Shown here one piece after another: positions 11,358 to 22,213 of a stretch of DNA of 64,000 nucleotides. This stretch comes from Salisapilia sapeloensis CBS 127946. Taxonomy: Eukaryota > Protista > Oomycota. The notes below the pieces were generated by a model that saw nothing but the letters and a program-made list of their open reading frames with translations, did no database searches and was not told the origin of the DNA. A program made the translations under genes and the position numbers. Position 1 is the stretch's first letter; each line of letters opens with the position of its first letter. The stretch is from assembly GCA_023334545.1 (NCBI GenBank), contig JAADVB010000062.1, positions 1-64,000 of the forward strand. The letters are read 5' to 3'.

Positions 11358-12356
11358 ATGAGTCTCCAGCAGTCCATGGACCTCGTGGACCGAGCCATGG
11401 TGACGCTCTTGAGCGACCTGCCAGAGTCGCTCGGATTCTTCAATAATGCCAAGGACAAGCTGGACTTGGCTGCTTTGCAGTCGATTCCTCTCCTGGAGAA
11501 ATTGACGCCCGTGTCTCGGAAGCACGACTTTATCAAGGACTGGATGAAGACGTACGAGCCGGACTCGACAGGTTCATTAGACGAGAGTATACAGCTAGAT
11601 GCTCTTCGTAAGCAGCAGAAACAGGAGCGTAAGAAAGTGGAGAAGGAGGAACGGAGTAAACGTAATGAAGTTTTGATTAAGACACCTCCTGTGGAAACCA
11701 AGTCCAAGGAAGCCGAGCAGTCCAAGAAGAAAAAGTCCAAGGACAAGGAGAAGAGGTCGAAGCAAAGGAAGACACCAAGTCAGCAGAGCAGTGGCAAGTC
11801 CAAGAAACTTGCTCGAGACGAAGACGATCGGCTGCTGGTGGAAGACGCCGAGAACGATACGTGGTCGTCGTCTAGCTCCGAGTCTTCTTCCTCTGAATCC
11901 GACTCGAGAGATAACTTGCCTCCGATCGAGTCGGTCTTATCGTCCGATGAAGACGACGAGCCGAACGACATGTTCGATGAAGATGATCCGGATGTGTACG
12001 AGGTGGAAGAGATCTTGGAAAAGCAGCCTGGCAAGTTCTTCGGAGACAAGGACATGTACTTAATCAAGTGGAAGGGCTACGACGAGACCACGTGGGAGCC
12101 AGCGGAGAACGTCCCGAAGGATGTGATCGACGAGTTCGAGAGCCAGCCCATCCGAGAAGACGAGTACGTCGTGGAAGACATTTTAGATCGGAAGACGGTG
12201 CGGGACAAGAAGACCAACTTGAAGAACTACAAGTACAAGATCAAGTGGCTCGGGTATGACGAAACGACGTGGGAGCCAGCAGACAACCTTCCTCGCAGCC
12301 TGCGCCGGAAGTTCGATACCAAGTATGAGAGTCGGAAGAAACGTCGTCGGCATTAA
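11358..12356 (+). CDS. Tandem double-chromodomain protein
   Basis: Lys-rich then acidic low-complexity region, followed by two chromodomains: YEVEEIL...YLIKWKGYDETTWEPAENV and YVVEDIL...YKIKWLGYDETTWEPADNL; C-terminal KKRRRH NLS. ATG at 11358 preferred over TTG 11349. Confidence 0.88.
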   Translation: MSLQQSMDLVDRAMVTLLSDLPESLGFFNNAKDKLDLAALQSIPLLEKLTPVSRKHDFIKDWMKTYEPDSTGSLDESIQLDALRKQQKQERKKVEKEERSKRNEVLIKTPPVETKSKEAEQSKKKKSKDKEKRSKQRKTPSQQSSGKSKKLARDEDDRLLVEDAENDTWSSSSSESSSSESDSRDNLPPIESVLSSDEDDEPNDMFDEDDPDVYEVEEILEKQPGKFFGDKDMYLIKWKGYDETTWEPAENVPKDVIDEFESQPIREDEYVVEDILDRKTVRDKKTNLKNYKYKIKWLGYDETTWEPADNLPRSLRRKFDTKYESRKKRRRH

Positions 12357-12513
12357 GTAGTACAGTTTAAAGCAAGCATGACGCCGTTTATATAGTTCAT
12401 GTACTCTTTCTATCTATTTTTCGGAACGCTTTATCCATTCCTACCAACTGAACCTTGTAATCCGAGACAGCTGGTCTGCACTCAAATCACGCAGTCGGCA
12501 CGAGAGACGCAGG

Positions 12514-15500
12514 ATGTCGTCGGCCGTCGTGGAGAGTTTGCTCGCCGAGAGCGACGACGAGGGGTTCAATGATGCCGACTTGGAAGGAATCAGCATCGAG
12601 GATATCCTCAGGGAAGAGGAGGAGGCGATGGCGGGCGAGAGCAAGATACAGGATGGAGGGGATCGCCGACGGGATGATGAGTTCTACGCGCCCGCCAAGT
12701 TCACTGTCTCCCTCACACCCATGAAAGGTATGGACGTTACCAAGATCGGGGAGAATGACACGACTCCCTCTGCCCTGACGGTCTTGCTGGATTCGGCACG
12801 ACCGAGACGCTTTGCCAATTCCCAGGAGGAAAAAGACGGCAATGAGTACGCAAAGAGCCCACTACAAGTAGCAGAGGCGAGGGAGAAGCAGCTCCTGAGC
12901 TGTGTGGACGTGGAACTGGTCTCCCCCTTGCAGATGAAACGCAAGCTGCGAGTGCAGAGTCAGAAGGCGCAGTCAAAAGGCAAGAAGAAGCGAAAGAAGA
13001 AGATCGCATTGCCTTCTGCTAGTGGAGAGGTCCAGGACGATGGGTCTGCAAAAGGATCCGGCGTGGTCAAAGTGGAGCCTATGGCGAGCATCAGTCGTCA
13101 GCTCAAGAAGAACATTGAGTCCAAAGACGATGGTCCTGGATCTCCGACCGTAGTAGCAATCCACTCCAAATTCATTGCCATCGGGACGTCCAAAGGCCTG
13201 GTCATCGTATTTGACCATTTCCAGAATATCCGACAAGTGCTGGGCAACGCCAATGATGCAGACACGGACGGATCCATCTCTGCTATTGACGTGTCTCCCG
13301 GCAGCGACTACCTCGTGAGTGGGTTCCAGAGCGGTCGTCTCGTCCTTTGGGACATGATCAAAGGAACGCCTTTGAAAGCTGTTGGGGATGCGCATGAGAG
13401 TCCAGTCGCCCACTTGCGATTCCTAAAGGACCAGAAGCCTGTTGTCATGTCAGTGGACGCCAATGGAATCGTCAACAAGGTCTCGTTTTCGAAAATGATG
13501 GGCATGGTCTACGTTGCAGACGTCGACCCGATCTATGACGGCTCTGCTGGTAAAATCCTGTCTCTGTCGGTCCTGCCACAGTCTGCAGGTAATGCCAAGA
13601 TCGCGTACCTAACGGACCAGTACTGTCTCGCAGCTCTATCGAGTGAGAAGCTGACGTTTATCGTTGCCATCGAGCCAGAGGTGCGTGTGCTCTACCGGTG
13701 GCAGCGTCCAGAAGACGTGTCGAACGAAGATCCTGCACTTCCGTCCGTCTCATTCAACTGGGTTTCCTTCCCAGGCTCATCTAGAGCACTGGCACCTATC
13801 CTGTCCAGAGGATGGGGGAACCAAGTGCAGTTCCTAGAGCTCGTTTTCCCTGGCGGACAAAAGCACACCCACGCCAAGCACGGATGGCCTACCTTTGAGG
13901 AGCACTTTTCTCTCGCTTCGGACAGTGCCCTAATGGCGATCCAGTGGCTGGGTGATCAGGTGCTCGTGTACTTGAATGGGGAGGACGAGGTCTGCTTTTA
14001 CGACGTGCTCTCTCGACAGCAGCTCGAGATCGTCGACGTGTCCAGCCTCGAGCTCGTATTCGCCACGTACAAGGGCAGAACAGCTCGCTCATTCGCCAAC
14101 AGTTTCCGCGGCTGCGACAATATCCTCTACTTGCTAGGTCTCAAGGAACTGCAGACAGCTCGCGTGCAGCCGTGGACGCAGCGTATCGATGCGTTCGTGG
14201 AGGAAGGCGAGTGGCTGGAAGCGCTCGCGTTGGCGCTGGACCACTACGAAGGTCTGAAAGCCGCTGCAGCGGAACGGGCAGTTCGAGACCGCTTCCCTCC
14301 TGTCTTCTTCCGTAATAAGCAGCACGACCAATGTCTCGTGGACATCCTCCACATGAGCCAGACGAACCAGCGGACGGGAGAAAAGGAAGACGTGTTTCGG
14401 CATGAAGAGAGTGCGGATGAAGTTCGGTGGGTGTGTGGGGAAGAACCGTATCCGCCAGACGTAGCCAAGCTTCTCGAGGAGACGTTGCAGAAAGCTCGCT
14501 CTGGTCAGGTCACCAAGAACTTTGTTCCTATCAGCACGACGGAGCGCGTGGCAGATCTCCTTATGGAGTATGTGCGACTGGCTATTGCGAACGCACCCAC
14601 GGACAGCAAGGAGGAAGGCGGAAAGAATGAAAAGGCTGGCGTCAAGCTAGAGTTAGAAGAGACGCACTACCAGATGCTGGCCGGCGTCTGCATCGAGTAC
14701 TGCTCCATCATCGGACGCACCGACCTGCTCTTTGGCGAAATTTTCACTCGCTTCCGTGACGCCAACAGGATGGATATGTTTGTAGAACTGTTAGAACCGT
14801 ACATTTTGTCAGGCAAATTGACGACTCTGTCGAAAGACGCGTTGGAAGCTCTCGTCTCTCACTACGCCAAGCAGGACAAGCTAGCGTCCGTCGAGCAGTG
14901 TCTGCTACAGCTGAACGTGAGTCAGCTGGATGTGGATGCCACCCTCGAACTGTGCATGGAGCACGAGCTCTTCTCTGCACTCATCTACCTCTACAACTCT
15001 GGTCTGGAAGACTACGTGACGCCCATCGACCTCCTCATGGAGGCATGCACGAGCGAAAGTCGCAAGCGCAAGGACGAATCGGAGGAAGCGACAAAGGCCG
15101 AGCGATCCGACTCTAGCAGCAAAAGAGTGAACGCTCTGGCGATGCAGTTCGGAGGAGGGAAGACGCAGGTGAAGACGACCAAGACGTCTACTTTGGCTCA
15201 GCACGAGATCCGGACGGGACAAAGTCGACGCAAGTACTTTGGATACAAGCTCCTGCTCTACCTGTCCTACGCGCTGGCTGGTCACACCTTCCCTCAACGA
15301 GAACCGATCGCTCTGAACGAACTGCACAAGGTCCGTTCGCTCATCTGTTACCACCTCTTCACGAAAGAAGTGCCAGGTAATGAAGACGTTCCATTTGCAC
15401 GCCTCGCGACGCTCGTAGATTTGGATGCGAAAGAGTTCTTCAACATCCTCGCCAAGCTCTTTGACGACCCGAACGTCGAGTTTGACGGCGAGCAGCGTCA

Positions 15501-17754
15501 CGGGTCAACCTCTAGCTCTCGCACCAGGTACGACAGTGCGCGGGAGGCTAGCATCATGAAGTGTCCGTCTCGTCTGTCCATGATGGCGTCCTTGGCGGCC
15601 GTCGTCTTTGGCGAAGGAGGACCGAACGACCGGTCCAAGTCGTCCTTTGGCGCGCTGGAGCACGGCCAGTTCTTTATGTTTGAAGCGAGACTGCTCAGTG
15701 GTGCCGCCATCGACCTAGAAGACTACGTCCGTGTGCGGAAGCAGGTCGACATGACGCAGGAGAGCAGCGGGAGTATGCTTGACTCTTTACTGGCCTTCTT
15801 AGCCCAAGGTCCTGCGTCTCTGGATGACTCCCATAAGGAAGAGGAGTCTCCTGAAACAGGTATGAGCAAGACGGACCGAGAGGCGCTGGTGGTCAAGCTC
15901 ATGGGCAAGGTCCCGAGAGACGCGTTCGACGCCGACCTGCTGCTGTCGCATGTGGTGGAGCAGGAGATGCATCGAGCAGCAGGCACCTTGTACAAGGAAC
16001 GCCGAGACTTTTCGAACGCCATCAAGTGCTACTTGGCGGACGAAGACGTCGAGTACAAGCTGCGTGTGTTCAACTACATTCGCGTCGAGACAGACAAGAT
16101 GGTCGGGCCGGACGAAGCGGACACTCGGAAGCAGATGGAGGAGGCTATTCTCAGCCACGCTCCGGCGCTCATGCAGACGGACGGACAGGCCTTTGTGGTG
16201 CTCATCCTCGGCCAGTTCTCCAACCTGAATAACAAGGTCATCCAAAAGTTCGTCGGCATGGGCAAGGGTGGTGCGCGTCTAGAATTTGAGTATCTGAAGC
16301 AAGTCCTGGAAGGCTCTGAAAAGTCGGAAGACTCGGCCGAGATGGTGCGTGAGCTCCTGGACAAGTCCAAACTCCGGATGGCTGACGACTCGGCCGTCCA
16401 AGAGCGCTTCATCAAGCTCTTGTGCGACTTTGAGCCGGCGCACGTGCTCCCGTACCTCGAGTCCCACAACAACTACAAGGTCGAGACGTGTCTCAAGCTC
16501 TGCAAGGACTCCAACATCACAGATGCACAGGCCTATCTGCTAGAACGCACGGGAGACGTCAACGGAGCCCTCCAGCTCATTCTGAAGAACCTCGAACACC
16601 AGCTCAAGAAACTCAAGCCGGCACTGCGCGGTCTGCCGAACAACAACGACAAGTTGGCCAGTGCTGGCGTCGGTCTGGGTATGGCTTCTCTTGGCCGCAA
16701 CCAGCATGGTGACAGCATCGTCGAGAGCACGGAGGAAGGACGCGATGTGCTCCAGACGACCGAGGTGGCGCTCGCCATGTGCCAGCGTAACAGTCTGCGC
16801 AACCGGGACAACCAAGCCGAGAAGCTCTGGTTCACTCTGCTCGACAAGGTGTTGCGGATGCAAGCGTCGTCTCGAGCGTCGTCTGCCAGCACTTCGCAAG
16901 ACAAGAAGAAGGCGAACCGCGACCGAGGCGCCCAGACTGCCTTCCAAGTCGCTCTGAATGAGCTGATCCGCTTCATCCTAGAGCGTATGGCGAGCTCCGT
17001 GTCGCTCAAATCCATTCTGTACAAGATCACTGACGAGCACGGGAAGGACACGTTCAAAGATTTTCGTCCGACCATCTTTGGTATGCTCGACACGTACAAC
17101 TACGAGCGCAACATCTACGACACGGCCAATGGACTCATCAGTACAGACCTGTACGATCAGGTCGTGACACTGAAGAAGGCGCGGACCAAGACGTTCGGAC
17201 CGCCGTCCAACCGCTGCCACTACTGCGATGTCCAGCTGACGAAGGCTCCTTTTGGCATGGCCAACACTGGCGCTGACAAGTGGAGTCTACCCATGTCCAC
17301 AGTGTTGATTGTGAACGGCAAAACTTTCCATGAGTCGTGTGGAACCGCCTACCAGCAAGGAATGGACTCTAAGACGAATCAAAAGAAGACGCCGGCAGCA
17401 CCGCAGCGTCAGGACTCAGCAGTCGGAAGTCTATCTGGGTCGTCATCAGAATCTGTCGCTCCTGCAGATGATGACGCTGCCCACCGTCTGCAGAAGAAGC
17501 AGCCTAGCACTAGAAGGTACTTGACGCGTCTGAAGAATGCGCGAAGGGCGGATAGGAAGCAAGTGGCGCCGCATGTGGTGCTCGAGAGTCTCATTCGAGA
17601 AGACACGGGTCGCAACAAGTACCTCAAAAGTTCTCGTGGCGTGATTTCCATGCGACCAGACCCGGAGATTGCGAGCAAGAGTGTCAAGAAGCGTATTGGC
17701 AGCCGGAAGCCCAACTCGCTGCCGTCAAGGCCAAGACAAATGGGTGGCATTTGA
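12514..17754 (+). CDS. VPS8: Vacuolar protein sorting 8 (CORVET subunit), 1746 aa
   Basis: WD40 propeller (IAIGTSKGLVIVFD, ISAIDVSPGSDYL, LVLWDM), LEPYILSGKL...LEQCLLQL, clathrin-heavy-chain-like repeats (FIKLLCDFEPAHVLPYLESH..Y.VETCL), degenerate C-terminal RING (CHYC...HESC). Confidence 0.9.
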   Translation: MSSAVVESLLAESDDEGFNDADLEGISIEDILREEEEAMAGESKIQDGGDRRRDDEFYAPAKFTVSLTPMKGMDVTKIGENDTTPSALTVLLDSARPRRFANSQEEKDGNEYAKSPLQVAEAREKQLLSCVDVELVSPLQMKRKLRVQSQKAQSKGKKKRKKKIALPSASGEVQDDGSAKGSGVVKVEPMASISRQLKKNIESKDDGPGSPTVVAIHSKFIAIGTSKGLVIVFDHFQNIRQVLGNANDADTDGSISAIDVSPGSDYLVSGFQSGRLVLWDMIKGTPLKAVGDAHESPVAHLRFLKDQKPVVMSVDANGIVNKVSFSKMMGMVYVADVDPIYDGSAGKILSLSVLPQSAGNAKIAYLTDQYCLAALSSEKLTFIVAIEPEVRVLYRWQRPEDVSNEDPALPSVSFNWVSFPGSSRALAPILSRGWGNQVQFLELVFPGGQKHTHAKHGWPTFEEHFSLASDSALMAIQWLGDQVLVYLNGEDEVCFYDVLSRQQLEIVDVSSLELVFATYKGRTARSFANSFRGCDNILYLLGLKELQTARVQPWTQRIDAFVEEGEWLEALALALDHYEGLKAAAAERAVRDRFPPVFFRNKQHDQCLVDILHMSQTNQRTGEKEDVFRHEESADEVRWVCGEEPYPPDVAKLLEETLQKARSGQVTKNFVPISTTERVADLLMEYVRLAIANAPTDSKEEGGKNEKAGVKLELEETHYQMLAGVCIEYCSIIGRTDLLFGEIFTRFRDANRMDMFVELLEPYILSGKLTTLSKDALEALVSHYAKQDKLASVEQCLLQLNVSQLDVDATLELCMEHELFSALIYLYNSGLEDYVTPIDLLMEACTSESRKRKDESEEATKAERSDSSSKRVNALAMQFGGGKTQVKTTKTSTLAQHEIRTGQSRRKYFGYKLLLYLSYALAGHTFPQREPIALNELHKVRSLICYHLFTKEVPGNEDVPFARLATLVDLDAKEFFNILAKLFDDPNVEFDGEQRHGSTSSSRTRYDSAREASIMKCPSRLSMMASLAAVVFGEGGPNDRSKSSFGALEHGQFFMFEARLLSGAAIDLEDYVRVRKQVDMTQESSGSMLDSLLAFLAQGPASLDDSHKEEESPETGMSKTDREALVVKLMGKVPRDAFDADLLLSHVVEQEMHRAAGTLYKERRDFSNAIKCYLADEDVEYKLRVFNYIRVETDKMVGPDEADTRKQMEEAILSHAPALMQTDGQAFVVLILGQFSNLNNKVIQKFVGMGKGGARLEFEYLKQVLEGSEKSEDSAEMVRELLDKSKLRMADDSAVQERFIKLLCDFEPAHVLPYLESHNNYKVETCLKLCKDSNITDAQAYLLERTGDVNGALQLILKNLEHQLKKLKPALRGLPNNNDKLASAGVGLGMASLGRNQHGDSIVESTEEGRDVLQTTEVALAMCQRNSLRNRDNQAEKLWFTLLDKVLRMQASSRASSASTSQDKKKANRDRGAQTAFQVALNELIRFILERMASSVSLKSILYKITDEHGKDTFKDFRPTIFGMLDTYNYERNIYDTANGLISTDLYDQVVTLKKARTKTFGPPSNRCHYCDVQLTKAPFGMANTGADKWSLPMSTVLIVNGKTFHESCGTAYQQGMDSKTNQKKTPAAPQRQDSAVGSLSGSSSESVAPADDDAAHRLQKKQPSTRRYLTRLKNARRADRKQVAPHVVLESLIREDTGRNKYLKSSRGVISMRPDPEIASKSVKKRIGSRKPNSLPSRPRQMGGI

Positions 17755-17906
17755 GCCAACACAAGTGTAGATGGATCCTAGGCTCCCCTCCTTTCTTACT
17801 TTCGATTTGCGTCAACGAATACAAGACAATAAGCATCTTCGCTTCTTTCACATTTGTTTACGACTCGTACGAGCGTTTCGGTTTCCTCTTAGCTTTAGTA
17901 GACTCA

Positions 17907-19571
17907 ATGGTCACGAACGCCCATCTATCGAGCGGAAGTGTTGTTTTCTCGGTTGGAAAATGGCGACTTGGTGACGACGGACACATCTATCGGCGAGGAA
18001 AGCTCAAGTATTCCAATTGTGATCTGTACGATGGAGAATGGGTGAATGGCAAGCGACATGGAGAAGGCACCATCTTGTTCGCAAATGGAGGAAGCTACGC
18101 GGGGCAGTTTAAGAACGACTTTTATGATGGCTTTGGAATCCTCACAGTCTACCACAAAATAAGCCCGTGGATGCAACTAACAACGGCAAAGCCACCGAAA
18201 GACTACTATGAAGGAGAGTTTATAAAAGGAAGTTTCCATGGACATGGCACCTATTACAGCGAAAAGAAGGGAATGAAATACAATGGGGATTTTGTCCTAG
18301 GTTACTACGACGGAAAAGGAACTTGTGCGTATGCTAATGGAGACGTCTATGAAGGGGAGTGGAAACACGGAAGGTGGAATGGAGAAGGAAGACATACTCG
18401 AGCCGACGGATCGACGTACAAAGGCGAGTTTCTCGCTGATCGTTACCACGGGTATGGGAAACTATACTATGGGCCTGGAGGAAAGTTGGGCTCTTACATC
18501 GGACATTTCAAGCATGGGAAGAAGATAGGCCATGGTTTGCGTGTGTTTGCGGACAAAGTGAGCCAATACGAAGGAGCATTTGTCGATGATCAATTTCATG
18601 GATATGGCGTGCTAAAGATACCAGCGTACTCCCTCTCTGGATTTTTCGATCGTGGTAGCATCTACGGCGAAGGAACCAAAAAGTTTGCTAATGGAAGTCA
18701 CTATCAAGGAGAGTTTAACAATGGGCACTACCATGGTCGAGGTACATTTACATACTCTGACGGTAGCTACTACAGCGGAGACTTTGTGAGCTCTCAGAAG
18801 CATGGCAAAGGTAAACAAGTTTTTAGCAGCGGTGATGTATACGAAGGCGATTGGGAATCAGACTTAATGCATGGCGTCGGAGAACTCACTAAAACCATCG
18901 AAAGTGTCGCTGGTAAAGGTCTCTTCAAGTACTGCGGGTGTTTCTGTCAAGGCAAAATGCAGGACACGAATGCAAAAGTCACCTACCAATTTCTACCAAC
19001 TTGCTTTAAAATACCTCATAAGTACACGGAAGCATTTGAGTTTCCAGTAGGATCCACTTTGTTCCACCTTGGCAGTGGAAAAGTTGTTTATAAAGGAGGG
19101 ATAAGCAGCGGATACTTTCACGGAAGCGGCACAATGACTTCTCCCGATGGCAAGATGAGGAGTGGTGAATGGGTAGACGGAAAGCTGCAAGGAAATTGTC
19201 TGATCGTCCGTCTACCTTTGCAGTATGAAATATTGCAGCAACTTGAAGCCAAATTTGGCAATAAGAACAGCGAAAACCGGAGACAACAATACATAAAAAT
19301 TTGCGGACGATGGGAGGAAGTGAGTTTCTATGGAGAGATCGTCCAGAACAAAAGACACGGCCGAGGATCAATGACACTTGAAAATGGAGATACAATCTCT
19401 GGATATTTCCACAATTCCTTTCTCGAAGGCGAAGCTACGTACAAATTTGGAATAAGTGGGAAAATCAGGAGCGCTTGGTATGAACGGGGCAAACGACTAC
19501 ACTGGATTGACAAAGTGGATAACCAAAACGTCGATCGAAATGCGGAACCAGAGGTAGGCGCTGACAAATGA
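17907..19571 (+). CDS. MORN-repeat protein
   Basis: More than a dozen YxGxWxxGxxHGxG repeats (e.g. YDGEWVNGKRHGEG, YEGEWKHGRWNGEG). First in-frame ATG is 17907; the frame is open from TTG 17751. Confidence 0.9.
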   Translation: MVTNAHLSSGSVVFSVGKWRLGDDGHIYRRGKLKYSNCDLYDGEWVNGKRHGEGTILFANGGSYAGQFKNDFYDGFGILTVYHKISPWMQLTTAKPPKDYYEGEFIKGSFHGHGTYYSEKKGMKYNGDFVLGYYDGKGTCAYANGDVYEGEWKHGRWNGEGRHTRADGSTYKGEFLADRYHGYGKLYYGPGGKLGSYIGHFKHGKKIGHGLRVFADKVSQYEGAFVDDQFHGYGVLKIPAYSLSGFFDRGSIYGEGTKKFANGSHYQGEFNNGHYHGRGTFTYSDGSYYSGDFVSSQKHGKGKQVFSSGDVYEGDWESDLMHGVGELTKTIESVAGKGLFKYCGCFCQGKMQDTNAKVTYQFLPTCFKIPHKYTEAFEFPVGSTLFHLGSGKVVYKGGISSGYFHGSGTMTSPDGKMRSGEWVDGKLQGNCLIVRLPLQYEILQQLEAKFGNKNSENRRQQYIKICGRWEEVSFYGEIVQNKRHGRGSMTLENGDTISGYFHNSFLEGEATYKFGISGKIRSAWYERGKRLHWIDKVDNQNVDRNAEPEVGADK

Positions 19572-19606
19572 ACTATAAATTTCCTGTAATATGTAGAAAA
19601 TACCGT

Positions 19607-20995
19607 TTAGAGTTCTTCATGTTTTGTTTCATCTTCACTATTAGCCTCTGATGTCTTATCGTTCACCTTGTCGTTCGCATACCCTTCATACAACACTTTC
19701 ATTTTTACCAGACTTCGTTCGAGTTCCGACGCATATTCACGAGAGCACGCCGCAGCAGTCTCAAAAATAAGCTGATATGAACACATGGAGTTTTCACCCA
19801 CACTAACAATTCTCTCTTGATCGCCACATCTGACGGAAACCCGAACATGACGATTGATGTCATTGAGGCAGGGCTCTCCGTACGCATAGAATTGACTTCG
19901 AAAAGCACGATTGATGAGACGGCCTCTATCATCTTTTACGATGTTCGTATCGTCTGAAACGTCAGACCTCCATCCACTCCATATGCCCAGCCCGACTGCC
20001 CGTTCTGGCTGCTGCTGCTCTTTATCTGCCTCTCGGGGGACCTTCTGCTGCGTGACATTATGAAACGGACAGAATCGGATCAGGTACGTCTCAGGGATGA
20101 CATTAGAGGTGCCTCCACGCAACTCAGTTTCTTTAAGCACAGTCGTAAAGCACTCGCCTTCCAGTGCAGCAAAGTCGAGCGTGTTGTCTGCCGATGAGAA
20201 CACGGTTTCATCATTCAGGCGCTGAAGCATACCGACATCAAACTTGGCCAACTGCATCTTTCGGTACAGCAGTTGCATCTTTTGACGATCCCTTTGGTCC
20301 ATCACCTGCACATTCTTCTGGACCAATGACTGGATGGACTCGACATCCTCCTCCAGCTTCTTCATCTGTTGGTACCGTTCGCGCAGTCTATCTTTTAGCT
20401 TCGACAGTCTTTCAGACGCAGCTGAATGATAATTTGTACGCACATCCAACCCTCGATGTACTGCTGCTATTCTGTCTTGTAGTGTGGCGATTTCGGACGC
20501 ATAGTATTGGTCGCAATCGGATAAGCAAGTAGCTGATGGCTCATCACTTCCATCACAGCAATCACACTTTCCGTCATTTATAGCAGATATAGGAGCGTAT
20601 TGGGCTTTATGAGCGCACTGGAAGGCTCCATACACGTCTTGTAACGAGTCGTTTGGAAACACATGAGAACAGGCGGATGTCAAGCGTTCATCGCTCCCAT
20701 CTTCACAATCACAGAAGTCGTCGTTAATTTTGTCGCTGGAAACTGTATCAGCACAGATATTTGAGCCGAAAGTTGACTTTTCAAATTTGCCAAAGAAATC
20801 CCAATCTTCCGTATCATCCCCATCCTCCTCCTCAATATCTTCATACAATATATCGCGTTTATTGGCAGAGGATGCATCAGCAATGATCGCGACTGACAGG
20901 AGAACAATAGCAAAGATGGTGGATGAGATTAAAGCCTTCGTGGAGCCTGGGAATAGAGGTCGTTGAGTCATTCTGCCACCCCAGTCCATTTTCAT
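19607..20995 (-). CDS. PRKCSH: Glucosidase II beta subunit-like (PRKCSH/GTB1)
   Basis: Signal peptide, two DxxCDCxDGSDE Ca-binding LDLa-like motifs, coiled coil, MRH domain (FCPFHNVTQ...YGEPC...VSVRCG...ENSMCSY), C-terminal ER-retention HEEL. Start codon uncertain (20995, 20989 or 20971). Confidence 0.9.
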   Translation of the reverse strand: MKMDWGGRMTQRPLFPGSTKALISSTIFAIVLLSVAIIADASSANKRDILYEDIEEEDGDDTEDWDFFGKFEKSTFGSNICADTVSSDKINDDFCDCEDGSDERLTSACSHVFPNDSLQDVYGAFQCAHKAQYAPISAINDGKCDCCDGSDEPSATCLSDCDQYYASEIATLQDRIAAVHRGLDVRTNYHSAASERLSKLKDRLRERYQQMKKLEEDVESIQSLVQKNVQVMDQRDRQKMQLLYRKMQLAKFDVGMLQRLNDETVFSSADNTLDFAALEGECFTTVLKETELRGGTSNVIPETYLIRFCPFHNVTQQKVPREADKEQQQPERAVGLGIWSGWRSDVSDDTNIVKDDRGRLINRAFRSQFYAYGEPCLNDINRHVRVSVRCGDQERIVSVGENSMCSYQLIFETAAACSREYASELERSLVKMKVLYEGYANDKVNDKTSEANSEDETKHEEL

Positions 20996-21289
20996 ACTAT
21001 CGTTGCGATTTATGTTGTCATTTTTTATATCCAATCAAATATGCTTTCTGGAATTTGTGCCAATAGAATTATGCTTGGAAATTGGCTACATCAAGAAGCA
21101 AAGTATCTTCCTGATTTCTACTTTAAAGAACATCTATAAAGGCATATTCATGAATGTAGCAAGTAGTCCATGCACATTAAAAGGAAGCTGCTCATACATT
21201 TGTTGTGAAACTGCAATATGAAAAGTCGTATGGGATGTAGCTTAGAGACGTCGCCAATGCCCAGTCACATTTGCTAACTACTGTAAAAC

Positions 21290-22213
21290 ATGGATTCTAA
21301 ACCATCCGTGCGTCATTCCCAGTCCGCACAGAAGAAGCGGAGTCACCGACATGTAAAAAATCCGTCCAAGTCGAATGCACGAAACTACAGCTCTAGTCAA
21401 GCAAAGCTGGGTGCCAATCACATTGACATGGAGCGACTAGAACGCATTTTTATAAACCGTCCATCACCGCCAGCCAAGGCACAGAAGCATAAAGGAAAGC
21501 ATCAACCTGGAAGGAAGCGTTGCATTGATGTGCGTGACATTTCGTCAGATGAATCATCCTCCGACTTCGACAGTGATAGCTCCAGCTTCAGTTCGCATTG
21601 TGTAGTGCGCCATCGAGACGAAGATCTACTCCAAAAGAATTTAGAGAAGCATAACCTTTACAAGGCACCGATTGTGACTTTACAAAATGGTTTAAAATCA
21701 AAAGTCGATGAAACAAGGTATCTGATGCAAAAGCAAAAAGAGGATACTCATTCCTACTTTCAAGAGCTAGCAAAGCAATTTAATCAAGAACTGAATCATC
21801 TCCGACGGCAGTATGAGCGAGAGCAGGTAGATCTAGAGAAACGGTTTCAAAATATGATGTCTGAGCATCAAGAAAGTGTCGACAAAGTGCTACAAGAGGC
21901 GATTCACAATCTGCAACCGATCAACTATTCACAAGTAAAAGTCAATGCAGATACGAATGGCTTATCATCGTATTCAAATTCCGAGTGCCCTGTAGATTGT
22001 ACAGACTTCTTTGTATCCAGTCATGACAACCATTTCAGTCCAAATGACTTTGCTGGCAAAAGCGTAAAGAACAAAGCTACTCTTAAGAAGCATACCTTGA
22101 GTAGAGAAGATGATCGAGCAGAACCGTTTGCTCGTCTACTGAAAGAGAATAAAATGCAAAGAGCTCAGCTCAAGCTTCTAGAAGAACGTCTTGCCATCTT
22201 ACAGAGTGACTAG
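21290..22213 (+). CDS. Hypothetical coiled-coil protein (307 aa)
   Basis: Long ATG ORF with basic N-terminus and Q/E-rich heptads (FNQELNHLRRQYEREQVDLEKRFQ); no family recognised. Confidence 0.65.
   Translation: MDSKPSVRHSQSAQKKRSHRHVKNPSKSNARNYSSSQAKLGANHIDMERLERIFINRPSPPAKAQKHKGKHQPGRKRCIDVRDISSDESSSDFDSDSSSFSSHCVVRHRDEDLLQKNLEKHNLYKAPIVTLQNGLKSKVDETRYLMQKQKEDTHSYFQELAKQFNQELNHLRRQYEREQVDLEKRFQNMMSEHQESVDKVLQEAIHNLQPINYSQVKVNADTNGLSSYSNSECPVDCTDFFVSSHDNHFSPNDFAGKSVKNKATLKKHTLSREDDRAEPFARLLKENKMQRAQLKLLEERLAILQSD

Noticed and set aside
17751-17906. TTG-started MORN ORF overlapping the VPS8 stop, suggesting coupling or frameshift fusion
   Set aside because: A eukaryotic gene would use the ATG at 17907; the upstream extension reads like UTR and I saw no slippery site.
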